From assembly GCA_964435695.1 (NCBI GenBank), contig CAYTAQ010000002.1, positions 5,187 through 69,186 of the forward strand: a DNA stretch of 64,000 nt, in the 5' to 3' direction. This stretch comes from an uncultured Desulfobacterales bacterium (GTDB lineage Bacteria > Desulfobacterota > Desulfobacteria > Desulfobacterales > B30-G6). A program made the position numbers and the translations under genes. Positions within the stretch are counted from its first letter, which is position 1, and every line of letters starts with the position of its first letter. Shown in pieces: positions 1 through 10,176 of the stretch. The notes below the pieces were generated by a model, which was not told where the DNA came from, searched no databases, and saw nothing but the letters and a program-made list of their open reading frames with translations.

Positions 1-199
1 TGCCAAGGCCTTGACCGGAATATTCTTCAGGAAAATGTACGCCGATAAGTCCGATTTTTCCTGCTTTTTGCCAGATTTTTTTGGGGAATTCATGTTTCTT
101 ATCCAGTTCCAGCGCAAGATCTTTGTCAAACTCGCCTTTTGCAAAGTCCCGAACAGCCTTTTGAATATCTTTCTGTGTCTTGTTTAATTCGAAATCCAT
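1..199 (-). CDS. acyl-CoA dehydrogenase, N-terminal part only (gene continues past the left edge)
   Basis: Not in the ORF track. My reverse-strand translation from the ATG at 199..197 reads MDFELNKTQKDIQKAVRDFAKGEFDKDLALELDKKHEFPKKIWQKAGKIGLIGVHFPEEYSGQGLG. This matches the typical ACAD N-terminal domain pattern. Confidence 0.7.
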   Translation of the reverse strand, partial: MDFELNKTQKDIQKAVRDFAKGEFDKDLALELDKKHEFPKKIWQKAGKIGLIGVHFPEEYSGQGLG

Positions 200-517
200 C
201 CTTAACCCCCTTGGTTATCCTTATTTCATTTGTATTCTGCTTTTCAATACCGGTTGAAATTACCGGAAAAATTAGCACATGGCAAAAGGTATTGCAAGGG
301 GATTGCGCTGCAGCAGCACGAAATAAGCGCGCCTTCTTCATGTGTAAAATACTTTCGATAAAAGTGACTTGACTGTTTCCCGGAACTGCCATAAGTTCTA
401 TTATTCTGCGCCACATATCAATGTGTCTCCGAAGCAACGGCGCATTGATGCTGCGGAGAACTTTAGGAAAACCCAAACACAATTCGGGCAAAACAATCAG
501 AAAGGATGATTAGCCGT

Positions 518-1267
518 ATGGCATTTTCTATTGCACTGGCGGGAAAGGGCGGCACCGGCAAAACCACTGTAGCCGGATTACTGATTAAATATCTGGTAAA
601 AAACGACAAAAAACCGGTACTGGCTGTCGACGCCGACAGCAATGCCAATCTGAATGAGGTTTTGGGGCTCGAAGTGGCGGATACGCTCGGCAATGCACGC
701 GAAGAGATGAAAAAGGGCATTGTGGCGGGCGGCATGACCAAAGATGTATTCATGTCCATGAAACTGGAGCAGGCCATTGTCGAGGACGAAGGGTATGATT
801 TGGTGGTCATGGGGCAACCCGAAGGGTCCGGTTGTTATTGTGCGGCCAATACATTGCTGACGGGTTTTTTGGAACGATTGACCGGTAATTATCCCTACGT
901 GGTTATGGACAATGAGGCCGGGATGGAACATATCAGTCGATTGACAACGAGTAATGTTGACATCTTGCTGATCGTATCGGATACTTCCCGCAGAGGGCTT
1001 CAGGCCGCGTTAAGAATTGATAAGTTGGCTAGAAATCTGAATATCGGCGTTGGCAAAAGTTATCTCATCCTGAATCAGACAAAAGAGGCACCTTCCGAAA
1101 GCGTAATCGACATCGTAAAAAAGGAAAATGTCGAACTGATCGGGGTTATTCCGGAGGACCGGACCGTTTATGAATTTGATCTCGAAGGACGTCCGACTAT
1201 CGAGCTTCCGGATGACAATGCCGCAGTACAGGCTGCATTCGGTATTTTCAGCAAGATAATTCCATAG
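518..1267 (+). CDS. CooC/AcsF-family P-loop ATPase (Ni-insertion accessory protein type)
   Basis: Walker A GKGGTGKTT lies near the N-terminus, with a DADSNANL motif and a C-x-C motif (GSGCYCAAN) as in CooC. The track ORF starts at 506, but the GAAAGGA Shine-Dalgarno directly abuts that ATG, so the ATG at 518 (MAFSIALAGKGG..) is more plausible. Confidence 0.75.
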   Translation: MAFSIALAGKGGTGKTTVAGLLIKYLVKNDKKPVLAVDADSNANLNEVLGLEVADTLGNAREEMKKGIVAGGMTKDVFMSMKLEQAIVEDEGYDLVVMGQPEGSGCYCAANTLLTGFLERLTGNYPYVVMDNEAGMEHISRLTTSNVDILLIVSDTSRRGLQAALRIDKLARNLNIGVGKSYLILNQTKEAPSESVIDIVKKENVELIGVIPEDRTVYEFDLEGRPTIELPDDNAAVQAAFGIFSKIIP

Positions 1268-1288
1268 CTAAACACGGTACATAAAACG

Positions 1289-2260
1289 ATGAGAAAAACA
1301 GGCTTTTTATATGATCAGCGTTATCTGCTTCACGATACCGGGCCATATCACCCGGAGGCGTCTGAGAGACTTCAAGCGATTTATCAGGGAATAGAATCAG
1401 GCGGTCTTTTAGCGAACCTTAATTTGGTCAATGCTGTTCGGGGAGATCTCAAATGGGTGGAGATGGTGCATCATGCCTCCTATATTCGCCGTTTTGAAGA
1501 GGTTTGTTTCTCATGCCAGCCGACACTTGATACACCGGACAACCGGATGTGTACAGAAACATTTGAGACGGCATTACTGGCAGTAGGGGGTATCTTGAAA
1601 GTGGTGGATATGGTTATGGAGGGTCAAATCAACAATGCATTTTGCGCGGTCAGGCCTCCAGGACACCACGCTGAAGCTACGGAAGCCATGGGTTTCTGCT
1701 ATTTTAACAATATCGCCATAGCGGCAAGGTACTTGCAAAAGCAGTGGAAAATTACCAAGGTCGGCATTGTCGATATTGATGTTCATCACGGAAACGGGAC
1801 CCAGCATATCTTTGAAAAAGATCCGACGGTCTTCTACTATTCGATCCACCAGCATCCTTCATTCGCTTATCCCGGTACCGGTAGAGAATTTGAAACGGGA
1901 ACCGGTGAGGGGTATGGCTTTACCAAGAACACGCCTGTACTGCCCGGGCAGGGGGATGAAGAATATCAACACTATATCAAGAGAGATCTCCTGCCTGCAT
2001 TCAAGCAGTTCAGACCGGAGGTGATTCTGGTGTCAATGGGATTTGATGGACACAAGGACGACGATATGTCGGATATCAACCTATCCACCGAGGCTTTCAC
2101 CTGGATGATGGAGCGTATTGTTGAAATGGCGGATATATATTGCAACGGCAGGGTGATCTCTATCCTGGAGGGCGGCTACAGTCTCAAACGCTTACCGGAA
2201 CTGGCGAAGAATCATGTTCAGGTATTGCTCAACGGAAAGTTGAATGGTCTGCCTGAGTGA
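1289..2260 (+). CDS. histone deacetylase-family (AcuC/AphA-like) Zn-dependent deacetylase
   Basis: RPPGHHAE, DIDVHHGNGTQ and GFDGHKDD motifs are present; length is 323 aa. Confidence 0.85.
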   Translation: MRKTGFLYDQRYLLHDTGPYHPEASERLQAIYQGIESGGLLANLNLVNAVRGDLKWVEMVHHASYIRRFEEVCFSCQPTLDTPDNRMCTETFETALLAVGGILKVVDMVMEGQINNAFCAVRPPGHHAEATEAMGFCYFNNIAIAARYLQKQWKITKVGIVDIDVHHGNGTQHIFEKDPTVFYYSIHQHPSFAYPGTGREFETGTGEGYGFTKNTPVLPGQGDEEYQHYIKRDLLPAFKQFRPEVILVSMGFDGHKDDDMSDINLSTEAFTWMMERIVEMADIYCNGRVISILEGGYSLKRLPELAKNHVQVLLNGKLNGLPE

Positions 2261-2271
2261 AAAAAAGATCA

Positions 2272-2320
2272 ATCACGAAAACACGAAATATAGAAAACAC
2301 GAAATTTTTCTATCTCTTTC
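2272..2320. repeat. truncated copy (left arm only) of the ATCACGAAA intergenic repeat family
   Basis: atcacgaaaacacgaaatatagaaaacacgaaatttttctatctctttc is near-identical to the left half of the copy at 62773. No TTCGTG right arm follows. Confidence 0.8.
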
Positions 2321-2375
2321 TCTCAACTAGTTGGGAGAAGAACTTACTTTTTTCAAATAAAATTTGGAGGACCCG

Positions 2376-3053
2376 ATGTTTGTCAGCAGATCCATGACAC
2401 CCCAGGTGATCACGATAGATAAAGACGCCAGTATTTTCGATGCGCAGGAAATCATGGCGAAACACACCATTCGGCATCTGCCGGTGGTGGACGACGAAAA
2501 CCGATTGATCGGCATTGTTACCGACCGCGATATTCGCAGCGCGTTGCCCACCAGCATTTTCAAGGCGCTTGATGATTCCTTCAATGTCAAAGAGAAGCTC
2601 AATACAATGAAGATAAAGGATATCATGACCAAAAACCCGTTTGCTATCTCCCCCGCCGATACGATTCAGGATGCGCTCTTATTGATCCAGCAGAAGCGGG
2701 TAGGCGCCTTTCCGGTGGTGGATGAAGCGGGAAAGCTGAAAGGCATTCTTTCGGTTCGTGATCTTTTGCGGGCCTTTACGAATGTACTTGGCCTCGGGGA
2801 GCCGGGAACGCTTCTATGTATTTTAGTGGAAGAGAAAGTCGGTCAATTAAAGAGGATCGTCGATGCCATAACAGAGGAGAACATATCCTTTGGGAGCATT
2901 CTGGTAGCACGGTATTGGGAGGAAAATAAGCGCGCCGTTTTTCCCTATCTCTTAACGCAAAACATTGCCCGGGTGAAGAAAAAACTGAGAGACATGGGAT
3001 ATACCCTTCTGGACCCCATGGACTGGTATATGGACCAATTGCCCAAACATTAA
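2376..3053 (+). CDS. CBS-pair domain protein with C-terminal ACT-like domain (AcuB-like)
   Basis: Two CBS-type segments are present (..HLPVVDDENRLIGIVTDRDI.., ..AFPVVDEAGKLKGILSVRDLL..). The track start at 2364 is TTG; the ATG at 2376 has GGAGG 5 nt upstream. Confidence 0.8.
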   Translation: MFVSRSMTPQVITIDKDASIFDAQEIMAKHTIRHLPVVDDENRLIGIVTDRDIRSALPTSIFKALDDSFNVKEKLNTMKIKDIMTKNPFAISPADTIQDALLLIQQKRVGAFPVVDEAGKLKGILSVRDLLRAFTNVLGLGEPGTLLCILVEEKVGQLKRIVDAITEENISFGSILVARYWEENKRAVFPYLLTQNIARVKKKLRDMGYTLLDPMDWYMDQLPKH

Positions 3054-3080
3054 GCAGGGCCAAGTTGAACAGTTGCAGCA

Positions 3081-3959
3081 ATGCCGAAGGTCACCATGCG
3101 CGGATCGATAACGAATCCATACGGCTGGTTGTACATCTACTATCTGGAAGGTTGTCTGCAAAAAGGCAGCACCCCCTTCGGAGATGAATTTATAGGGAAC
3201 TGGGAAGAAGACGGCCAATCCTTTCTGTTTTTCTCGCAGCCTTCCCGGCAAAAGATCCGGGATCTTTTAAAGAACCAACCTCAGCTGAAACTTCAGGACG
3301 AATATCGAATGTCGTATGAGGAATGGCATGGGGGAGCTGTTGAACCTTTAAGAATCGGTCATATTCAGGTTTCACCGCCATGGGCGACATTCCAAAATCA
3401 ATCGACGGATATGATCGATGCACCAGCAGATGGCCGCGGCGAGGTTGTCGATATTCTGCTTGACCCGGGTGTTGTGTTCGGTAATGGGACACATCCCACC
3501 ACGCATCATTGTATTGAAGCCCTTGAAATTCTATATTCGATGGATCGCCCTGAAAAGGTTATCGATTTGGGAACCGGCACAGGGTTGCTGGCCGTTGTTG
3601 CGGCAAAACTTGGAAATGCCCGGGCAGTGGCTGTAGATTTGAATCTGCTGGCTGTGCAGACTGCAAAAAAGAATATTGCATTAAACCGGCTGGAAGGGCA
3701 GGTGTTGGCAATACAGGGAAACGCAGAGAAATTTGTAGACTTATCAAGTGATCTTGTGATATCGAATATTCATTATGATGTAATGAAGCAATTGATCAGA
3801 AGTAAAGGCTTTCTTCGTAAACGCTATTTTATTCTTTCCGGCTTGTTGCGAAATCAGGCGGCGCAAATAGAAAGCTTGTTGTATCAATATCCTGTCGCGA
3901 TTACTAAGAAATGGGCGCATGAAGGTGTGTGGTATTCTTATTTAGGCAAAGTCGCTTAA
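3081..3959 (+). CDS. PrmA-family (ribosomal protein L11 methyltransferase-like) class I SAM methyltransferase
   Basis: VFGNGTHPTT and DLGTGTGLLAVVAAKLGA..AVAVDLN motifs are typical of PrmA. The N-terminal domain is less typical. Confidence 0.7.
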   Translation: MPKVTMRGSITNPYGWLYIYYLEGCLQKGSTPFGDEFIGNWEEDGQSFLFFSQPSRQKIRDLLKNQPQLKLQDEYRMSYEEWHGGAVEPLRIGHIQVSPPWATFQNQSTDMIDAPADGRGEVVDILLDPGVVFGNGTHPTTHHCIEALEILYSMDRPEKVIDLGTGTGLLAVVAAKLGNARAVAVDLNLLAVQTAKKNIALNRLEGQVLAIQGNAEKFVDLSSDLVISNIHYDVMKQLIRSKGFLRKRYFILSGLLRNQAAQIESLLYQYPVAITKKWAHEGVWYSYLGKVA

Positions 3960-3992
3960 ATTTGCTGCTTCATACCGGTTGAGAGAGGGCAA

Positions 3993-4832
3993 ATGTTTAT
4001 TACATGTTGGGGCTCGAGAGGATCGATACCTGTTTCCGGGAAAGAATATAACAAATACGGTGGGGACACAACGTGTATTGAGATTCGAACAAAAAGTGAT
4101 GACATTATCATCGTTGATGCAGGAACCGGTATTCGTCGCCTTGGGAATCATTTAATGCAGGATGGTCGCCATTATTTTAATTTTATCTTTACCCATGCGC
4201 ATTGGGACCATCTGATGGGGCTGCCCTTCTTCAGGCCCTTGTTTATCAGCAAAACAAAAATAAACGTATTTCGAAGTCCGTATTCCGGCACTTACGCCGA
4301 AAGAATGATTTCACGAATTCTTACACCGCCCTACTTCCCGGTGAAATACTCGGATTTAAGTGCTGAATTTTTATATCATGAAGGATGCCCCGGTGCGTTC
4401 AAAATCGGTTCGGTTCAGGTAATTCCTATCCACCTGAGCCATCCCAACGGCGGACGGGGATATAAGTTTATCGAAGACGGTAAAACCTTTGTTTTTTTGA
4501 CTGACAACGAACTGGGCTATGTGCATCCAAAGGGACTTAAACAGAATGACTATGCCGAGTTTTCTGCAGGGGCGGATTTGTTGATACACGACGCGGAATT
4601 TACACCCAAAGAATATAAAAAGTACATTGAATGGGGACACTCCTGCTATTCAGATGTTCTCGAACTTGCTTTCCAGGCCAAGGTCAAAAAACTGGGATTG
4701 TTTCACCTGAATCAAAACCGCACCGATACTGAAATGGATGAAATCGTAGAGACCTGCAGAAAAAAAATCGACAGAAAAGGCTTCGATTTCGATTGTCTGG
4801 CCGTCGGCAGCGACATGGCTTTTGAGTTATAA
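3993..4832 (+). CDS. MBL-fold metallo-hydrolase
   Basis: HAHWDH metal-binding motif; GAGAGGG RBS upstream. Confidence 0.75.
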   Translation: MFITCWGSRGSIPVSGKEYNKYGGDTTCIEIRTKSDDIIIVDAGTGIRRLGNHLMQDGRHYFNFIFTHAHWDHLMGLPFFRPLFISKTKINVFRSPYSGTYAERMISRILTPPYFPVKYSDLSAEFLYHEGCPGAFKIGSVQVIPIHLSHPNGGRGYKFIEDGKTFVFLTDNELGYVHPKGLKQNDYAEFSAGADLLIHDAEFTPKEYKKYIEWGHSCYSDVLELAFQAKVKKLGLFHLNQNRTDTEMDEIVETCRKKIDRKGFDFDCLAVGSDMAFEL

Positions 4833-4884
4833 TTAGACACGCAACTTGGGTTATATAAAAGAAGCATACCATGCCCCCAAAACG

Positions 4885-4902
4885 GCAGGTCTAAAGACCT
4901 GC
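4885..4902. repeat. REP-like hairpin GCAGGTCTAAAGACCTGC
   Basis: A 7-bp stem with a 4-nt loop sits in the 89-bp gap before 4922. A near-identical hairpin occurs at 45343..45360. Confidence 0.7.
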
Positions 4903-4921
4903 GCACCATTCCAAAATATAT

Positions 4922-6469
4922 ATGGCCGTTTCATGTGAAGGATGGATCCGAACCCTATCGTTAAGCCCCCCGACATTACAGGATAATACATCCGATGCGG
5001 ATCGATTGAAATATGCCCTGAAAAAGAAGCTGAACACCGATTCGGTGGACATGGATCTGTCAATGCTGAAACAGCTTCCTTTTTTGCTGCGGGAGTGGAA
5101 CTTTGCCGTGCGCTGCGTTCTTATCAAGGATAAAAACCGCTGGATCGTCACGGGACTCACCGAACGCAACAGCAAACGCGTGATCAGTGGATTGGCCATT
5201 GATCTGGGGACTTCACGGGTGGTTCTCAGGCTTATTGATCTGGCAAGCGGCAGCAGTCTGTCGGATCTTGCTTTTGACAATCCCCAGTTGGCAGTGGGGC
5301 CGGATATCCTAAGCCGGGCTCATGCCTGCGATCAACCCGGAGGACTTGAAAAGCTCAACCGCCTGATTGTTGATGGATTGAATCAGCACATTGAAAAAAT
5401 ATGTCGATCGTGCGGACTGACTGTTGACGACATTTATCTTGTTTCATTATCCGGCAATACCTGCATGACGCACCTATTCATGGCGCTTTCGCCGCACTGG
5501 ATTATCCGTGAACCTTACATTCCGGTGATCAACACGCCCGGTTTAGAAAGAGCCTCGGAGCTGGGACTTCACCTAAACCCTTGTGCAAGGATCATTATTT
5601 TTCCGAATATCGGCAGTTACTTTGGCGGTGATTTGATAGCCGGCATTTTATTCTCGGGCATGCATCATTCAGAACAGACATCCATTCTGGTGGATGTGGG
5701 CACCAACGCCGAAGTCGTGCTGGGCAGCAAAAATTGGTTGATTGCCTGCGCAGGTGCTGCAGGTCCGGCACTTGAGGGTGGTGTGACACGTATGGGAATG
5801 ATGGCGGGCCCCGGCGTCATCGATCAGGTTGCCATCGATCCGGAATCGAACGAAATCCATATCCATACCATTGCCGAAAAACCCCCTGTCGGCATTTGCG
5901 GCTCAGGCCTGATTGATCTGGCGGCGCATTTATTTCTAAACGGTATGATCGACATCAGGGGAATGTTTGTCCCTCGGAAATGCGGCAACAGACTTACGAA
6001 GGCGTCAGGGGAGGTCATCTTTGAAATTGTGCCGGCAGAAATATCCGGAACGCGTACGGCGATCACCATCAGCCAGGCGGACCTGGACAGCCTGATTCGA
6101 TCAAAAGCGGCCATGTATACGATTTTGGAAACGATTACGGCTACGGTCAATATGTTGCCAAAAGACCTGGCAACCTTTTACGTCGCGGGAACGTTCGGGG
6201 CTTTTATCAAACCGGCCTCCGCCGTGTCCATCGGCATGCTGCCGGACCTGCCGGCTGAACATTATCAGTCTTTGGGAAACAGCTCACTTCAAGGCGCGGC
6301 ACAGGTATTGACCGCGTGCGACAGCCTGGATGAGATTGACCGGATCAGAGATAAGATTACCTATCTTGAGCTCAACGTCAACCAGGAGTTCATGAACCGG
6401 TTCAGCGCGGCGAAATTTCTGCCGCATACGAACCGGTCTTTGTTTCCTTCCGTCAAGGTGTCTGCTTAG
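4922..6469 (+). CDS. ASKHA-fold ATPase domain protein (DUF4445 / RACo-like corrinoid-activator C-terminal module), no N-terminal ferredoxin domain visible
   Basis: Actin-like ATPase phosphate motifs are present (LAIDLGTSRVV, VDVGTNAEVVLG, GICGSGLIDL). The start codon is uncertain because no RBS is seen. Confidence 0.6.
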   Translation: MAVSCEGWIRTLSLSPPTLQDNTSDADRLKYALKKKLNTDSVDMDLSMLKQLPFLLREWNFAVRCVLIKDKNRWIVTGLTERNSKRVISGLAIDLGTSRVVLRLIDLASGSSLSDLAFDNPQLAVGPDILSRAHACDQPGGLEKLNRLIVDGLNQHIEKICRSCGLTVDDIYLVSLSGNTCMTHLFMALSPHWIIREPYIPVINTPGLERASELGLHLNPCARIIIFPNIGSYFGGDLIAGILFSGMHHSEQTSILVDVGTNAEVVLGSKNWLIACAGAAGPALEGGVTRMGMMAGPGVIDQVAIDPESNEIHIHTIAEKPPVGICGSGLIDLAAHLFLNGMIDIRGMFVPRKCGNRLTKASGEVIFEIVPAEISGTRTAITISQADLDSLIRSKAAMYTILETITATVNMLPKDLATFYVAGTFGAFIKPASAVSIGMLPDLPAEHYQSLGNSSLQGAAQVLTACDSLDEIDRIRDKITYLELNVNQEFMNRFSAAKFLPHTNRSLFPSVKVSA

Positions 6470-6601
6470 AAAATCACGGGCCTATGACCCATATCAGGGG
6501 ACCGTTAAAAACCGGAGTACTGGAGTGATGGACTGCTGATTTTCATATGCTGCATTGCTTTTTTTGACCATCAAATAATCCGCCATTCTCAATTTTCTCG
6601 C

Positions 6602-8143
6602 TTATATTCCAGGCTCTATAGAAATTTCAACAACCCGTTTTCCGACGTCCCGCAATTTTCTCTTTAAGACTTTTCCGGAAGGTGTTCTGGGGAGTTGATC
6701 AAGAAATTCGATTTGTCTGGGGACTTTGTATCCGGCCAGTTTTGATCGACAATGTGCGCGAACAGCCTCTGATGTGAGGGTGCTGCCTCGAAGCGCCACA
6801 ATGAATGCTTTAGGGACTTCTCCCCATTTGTCGTCCGGGATGCCGATGACGGTGGCTTCAGCCACTTCCGGGATTTCATTGATGACCCGTTCGATTTCCG
6901 CAGGATAGACATTCTCGCCGCCGGAAACCAGCATATCCTTCTTGCGATCTATGATATACAAAAAACCTTCCTGGTCTAAACATCCCAAATCGCCGGTATA
7001 TAACCAGCCGTCTTGAATGGTATCACGGGTGGCTTCCGGCCGCTTCCAATACCCCAGCATGACATGCGGCGCTCTGACCACAACTTCGCCCACCTGGCCG
7101 GGCGTCAACTCGGTGCCATCAGAGTTCACGATGCGCAGATCCACGTTAAAATAGGGTTTTCCGGCGGATTCCGGCTTGCGCAGGATATCTTCTACGTTCA
7201 TGAAGGAGCCCGGACCGCACATCTCCGTCATTCCCCACAGGTTCTGGCACAGGACCCCAATGCGGTCATGTGCGTCTTTGACCAGTTCGAAGGGCAGCGG
7301 TGACCCCGGCAGAATGGCATATTTCCATGAGGAGAGATCATATGAGCTGAGTTCGGGTATATCCATCATCATTTTCATTATGGTCGTGACGCCGATCATG
7401 AGCTGGATACGGTGTTTTTCGATAAGTGCCAGGGCTTTTCGAGGCTCGAACTTTTCCATGATCACCGATGCGATACCTTTGACAACGTGGCCGATAAAGG
7501 GCGTTATGGAGCCCGAGTGAAAAAACGGTCCCAATATCAGACAGCGGTCCGGATACTGGTAATGCAACCCGATCAACATCTCGACCCCTGCACCGTACAT
7601 GCCTTTGTGGGTGAGCATGGCGCCTTTGGGATGCCCGGTGGTCCCTGAGGTGTACATGATGACGTTCAAATCATTTTCATCGATGGGTATGGTCGGCTCT
7701 TCAGGGCCTCCCTGGGCCAGAACGTCTTCGTATGCTCTGGTATTGGGCAAGGAAGGAGAGCCGGTGACGATCATCGGGCGGCCTTTGGCCGGAAAAGTCA
7801 TGGACTGCACGACCGCTTCGAAGGCCTGCCCGTAAACGAAATAAATTACGTCGCAATCTTCCAGAATAAAATCCAGTTCCGCGGCTGAAAGCCGCGTGTT
7901 CAGCGGAACCAGAACAGCGCCGATCTTCGAGAGGCCAAAATAGGTTTCCAGAAACTCATTGTTATTATACATGAGCAAGCCAACCCTTTGTCCCGGCTTT
8001 ACACCCAGATTCAAAAAGGCATTGGCCAACTGATTGGCCCGCCGGTTCAATTGGCTGAAGGTAAATACTTTGCTCCTCGAGATAACTGCTTCTCGATTCG
8101 GTGTTGTGGCCGCCCGTTTTGCAAGTACTTTTCCGATAATCAT
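6602..8143 (-). CDS. AMP-forming acyl-CoA ligase (fatty-acid--CoA ligase family)
   Basis: YTSGTTGHPKG (A3), GEV..R.P..M.GYW, and A10 PRTPSGKVLKRKL motifs; GGAG RBS. Confidence 0.85.
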   Translation of the reverse strand: MIIGKVLAKRAATTPNREAVISRSKVFTFSQLNRRANQLANAFLNLGVKPGQRVGLLMYNNNEFLETYFGLSKIGAVLVPLNTRLSAAELDFILEDCDVIYFVYGQAFEAVVQSMTFPAKGRPMIVTGSPSLPNTRAYEDVLAQGGPEEPTIPIDENDLNVIMYTSGTTGHPKGAMLTHKGMYGAGVEMLIGLHYQYPDRCLILGPFFHSGSITPFIGHVVKGIASVIMEKFEPRKALALIEKHRIQLMIGVTTIMKMMMDIPELSSYDLSSWKYAILPGSPLPFELVKDAHDRIGVLCQNLWGMTEMCGPGSFMNVEDILRKPESAGKPYFNVDLRIVNSDGTELTPGQVGEVVVRAPHVMLGYWKRPEATRDTIQDGWLYTGDLGCLDQEGFLYIIDRKKDMLVSGGENVYPAEIERVINEIPEVAEATVIGIPDDKWGEVPKAFIVALRGSTLTSEAVRAHCRSKLAGYKVPRQIEFLDQLPRTPSGKVLKRKLRDVGKRVVEISIEPGI

Positions 8144-8482
8144 AGGTCATCTCCGCAAGATCTATAGGGAAGGATCTCCGCACGATAAGCTAAAATAACC
8201 TAATCGATAAAATAATGCCAGAACCATTATCTTTTATCTATGAATGTTATGCCAGATCTTGAAAGCAGTCCTCGGACGGGTTATATAGGAAAAGAGGGGC
8301 TGCTGTCTCGGCAAGGTTTTTCGACGGGCAAACTCACCTTTGCATCCACTTCAGATACCGGTGCGCGCTGCGGCAGGGGTGATTTGGCGGATGGTGATCC
8401 AATAGATAAAAGGAGTTCACGATTTACATTTAGGTTTTAGCCCATCTATTTCAGTCAGACATAGCACGAGAGGGAGGACATC

Positions 8483-10126
8483 ATGACCAAAGGCATTTAC
8501 AACCCGGGAGAGAGCTATCAATATCCGCTCATCATCAAAAAGCTGCTGGACACGCCCCTTGTGTACTCACCGGAAAAAGAAATTGTATACAGCGACAGGA
8601 CACGGTATACATATAAAGACCTGTATGATCGAATCTGCAAACTCGCCAACGGTCTTAGGAAACTTGGAATCCAAGCAGGTGACGTCGTGGCGGTCATGGA
8701 TTATGACTCTCACCGCTACCTTGAGTGTTTTTTTGCCATTCCCATGATGGGAGCGGTTCTTCAGACCGTCAACTGGCGGCTGTCCGCTGAACAGATTCTC
8801 TATACGATCCATCATACAGAAGCCAAAGCCGTCATGGCTCACACCGACTTCCTGCCGATTGTCGAGAGCTTTAGAGATCAATTGAAAACCGTTAAAACCA
8901 TAATCGTCATTCAAGAAGATGAGCGACATCCGGATACAACGCTCGGCATCGACGCAACGCATGAAGGCATGATGGCCTCAGCCGAACCGTCCTATGATTT
9001 CCCGGATCTGGACGAAAACACCAAGGCGACGACATTTTACACAACCGGAACCACCGGCAATCCCAAAGGCGTTTACTACTCACATCGGCAGCTCGTTCTG
9101 CACACACTGTCCGTGAGCATTGTTTCAGCAAGCTATCATACCATATGCAGATTCAAATCAAACGACGTCTATATGCCCCTGACACCGATGTTTCATGTCC
9201 ACGCCTGGGGCTTTCCGTTCGTGTCCACGCTCATCGGTGCGAAACAGGTCTACCCGGGCCCCTATCTCCCTGAAAAAATACTTGAACTCATCGAGACGGA
9301 ACATGTAACCTTTTCCCACTGTGTGCCCACCGTTCTCCAGATGGTTATCACATGTCCTGCGGCCCAAAAAATTGATCTTTCAAATTGGAAAGTCGTCGTA
9401 GGGGGAGCCCAACTCCCAAAAGGTCTTGCCGCAGCAGCCATGGATCTCGGTATTGAAATTCATGCCGGTTACGGTATGTCTGAAACCTGTCCTGTCATGA
9501 CCATCGCCACACCCAATGAACCTATGCTGGACTGGGCAGGGGAGGCGCATCTGAATGTCATCACGAGAACCGGCAAGCCCCTGCCTTTGACGCACGTCGA
9601 GGTCGTCGATGCGAATGATGCCATATTGCCTCATGACGGGATTTCAACCGGTGAGGTCGTCATGCGATCGCCCTGGCTTACGCAAAGCTATTTCAAGGAG
9701 CCTGAAAAAACAAAGGATTTATGGAGGAACGGCTGGCTCCACAGCGGCGATGTCGGGTTCATCGATACCTACGGTTATCTTCAGATTACGGATCGCATGA
9801 AGGACGTCATCAAAAGCGGCGGCGAATGGGTATCCTCTCTCGATCTCGAAAACATCATGAGCCGGCATGAAGCGGTTCTTGAATCCGCCGCCATCGGTAT
9901 CCCGGACCCCAAATGGGGGGAAAGGCCCCTGATGATCGTAACGCTCAAACCCGAATACCGGGGTAAGGTGACTGGTGAAGATTTCAAAGCCTATATGCTT
10001 GAATCCGCAAAGCAGGGGAGGTTGCCCGGATACGGGGTCCCTGACAGGTATGAATTTGTGGAGGCGCTACCGAAAACCAGCGTCGGGAAGCTGGACAAAA
10101 AATCGCTTCGGCAGCAATATGCGTAA
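8483..10126 (+). CDS. AMP-forming acyl-CoA ligase (fatty-acid--CoA ligase family)
   Basis: YTTGTTGNPKGV and PKTSVGKLDKKSL motifs; GGGAGG RBS. Confidence 0.85.
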   Translation: MTKGIYNPGESYQYPLIIKKLLDTPLVYSPEKEIVYSDRTRYTYKDLYDRICKLANGLRKLGIQAGDVVAVMDYDSHRYLECFFAIPMMGAVLQTVNWRLSAEQILYTIHHTEAKAVMAHTDFLPIVESFRDQLKTVKTIIVIQEDERHPDTTLGIDATHEGMMASAEPSYDFPDLDENTKATTFYTTGTTGNPKGVYYSHRQLVLHTLSVSIVSASYHTICRFKSNDVYMPLTPMFHVHAWGFPFVSTLIGAKQVYPGPYLPEKILELIETEHVTFSHCVPTVLQMVITCPAAQKIDLSNWKVVVGGAQLPKGLAAAAMDLGIEIHAGYGMSETCPVMTIATPNEPMLDWAGEAHLNVITRTGKPLPLTHVEVVDANDAILPHDGISTGEVVMRSPWLTQSYFKEPEKTKDLWRNGWLHSGDVGFIDTYGYLQITDRMKDVIKSGGEWVSSLDLENIMSRHEAVLESAAIGIPDPKWGERPLMIVTLKPEYRGKVTGEDFKAYMLESAKQGRLPGYGVPDRYEFVEALPKTSVGKLDKKSLRQQYA

Positions 10127-10176
10127 AAACATCGAAATTTCATGGACGCCGCCACGGCCATGGCTTCCCGCAGGGA

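Noticed and set aside
280-296. TGGCAaaaggtaTTGCA upstream of the CooC-like gene as a sigma54 promoter
   Set aside because: The GG-to-GC distance is 13 nt instead of the invariant 12, C at -22 is missing, and the element lies about 220 nt from the start codon with no activator gene nearby.
8240-8440. A 66-aa ORF in the divergent region between the two acyl-CoA ligase genes
   Set aside because: There is no RBS, the composition is atypical, and it occupies the expected promoter/5'-UTR space of the 8483 gene.
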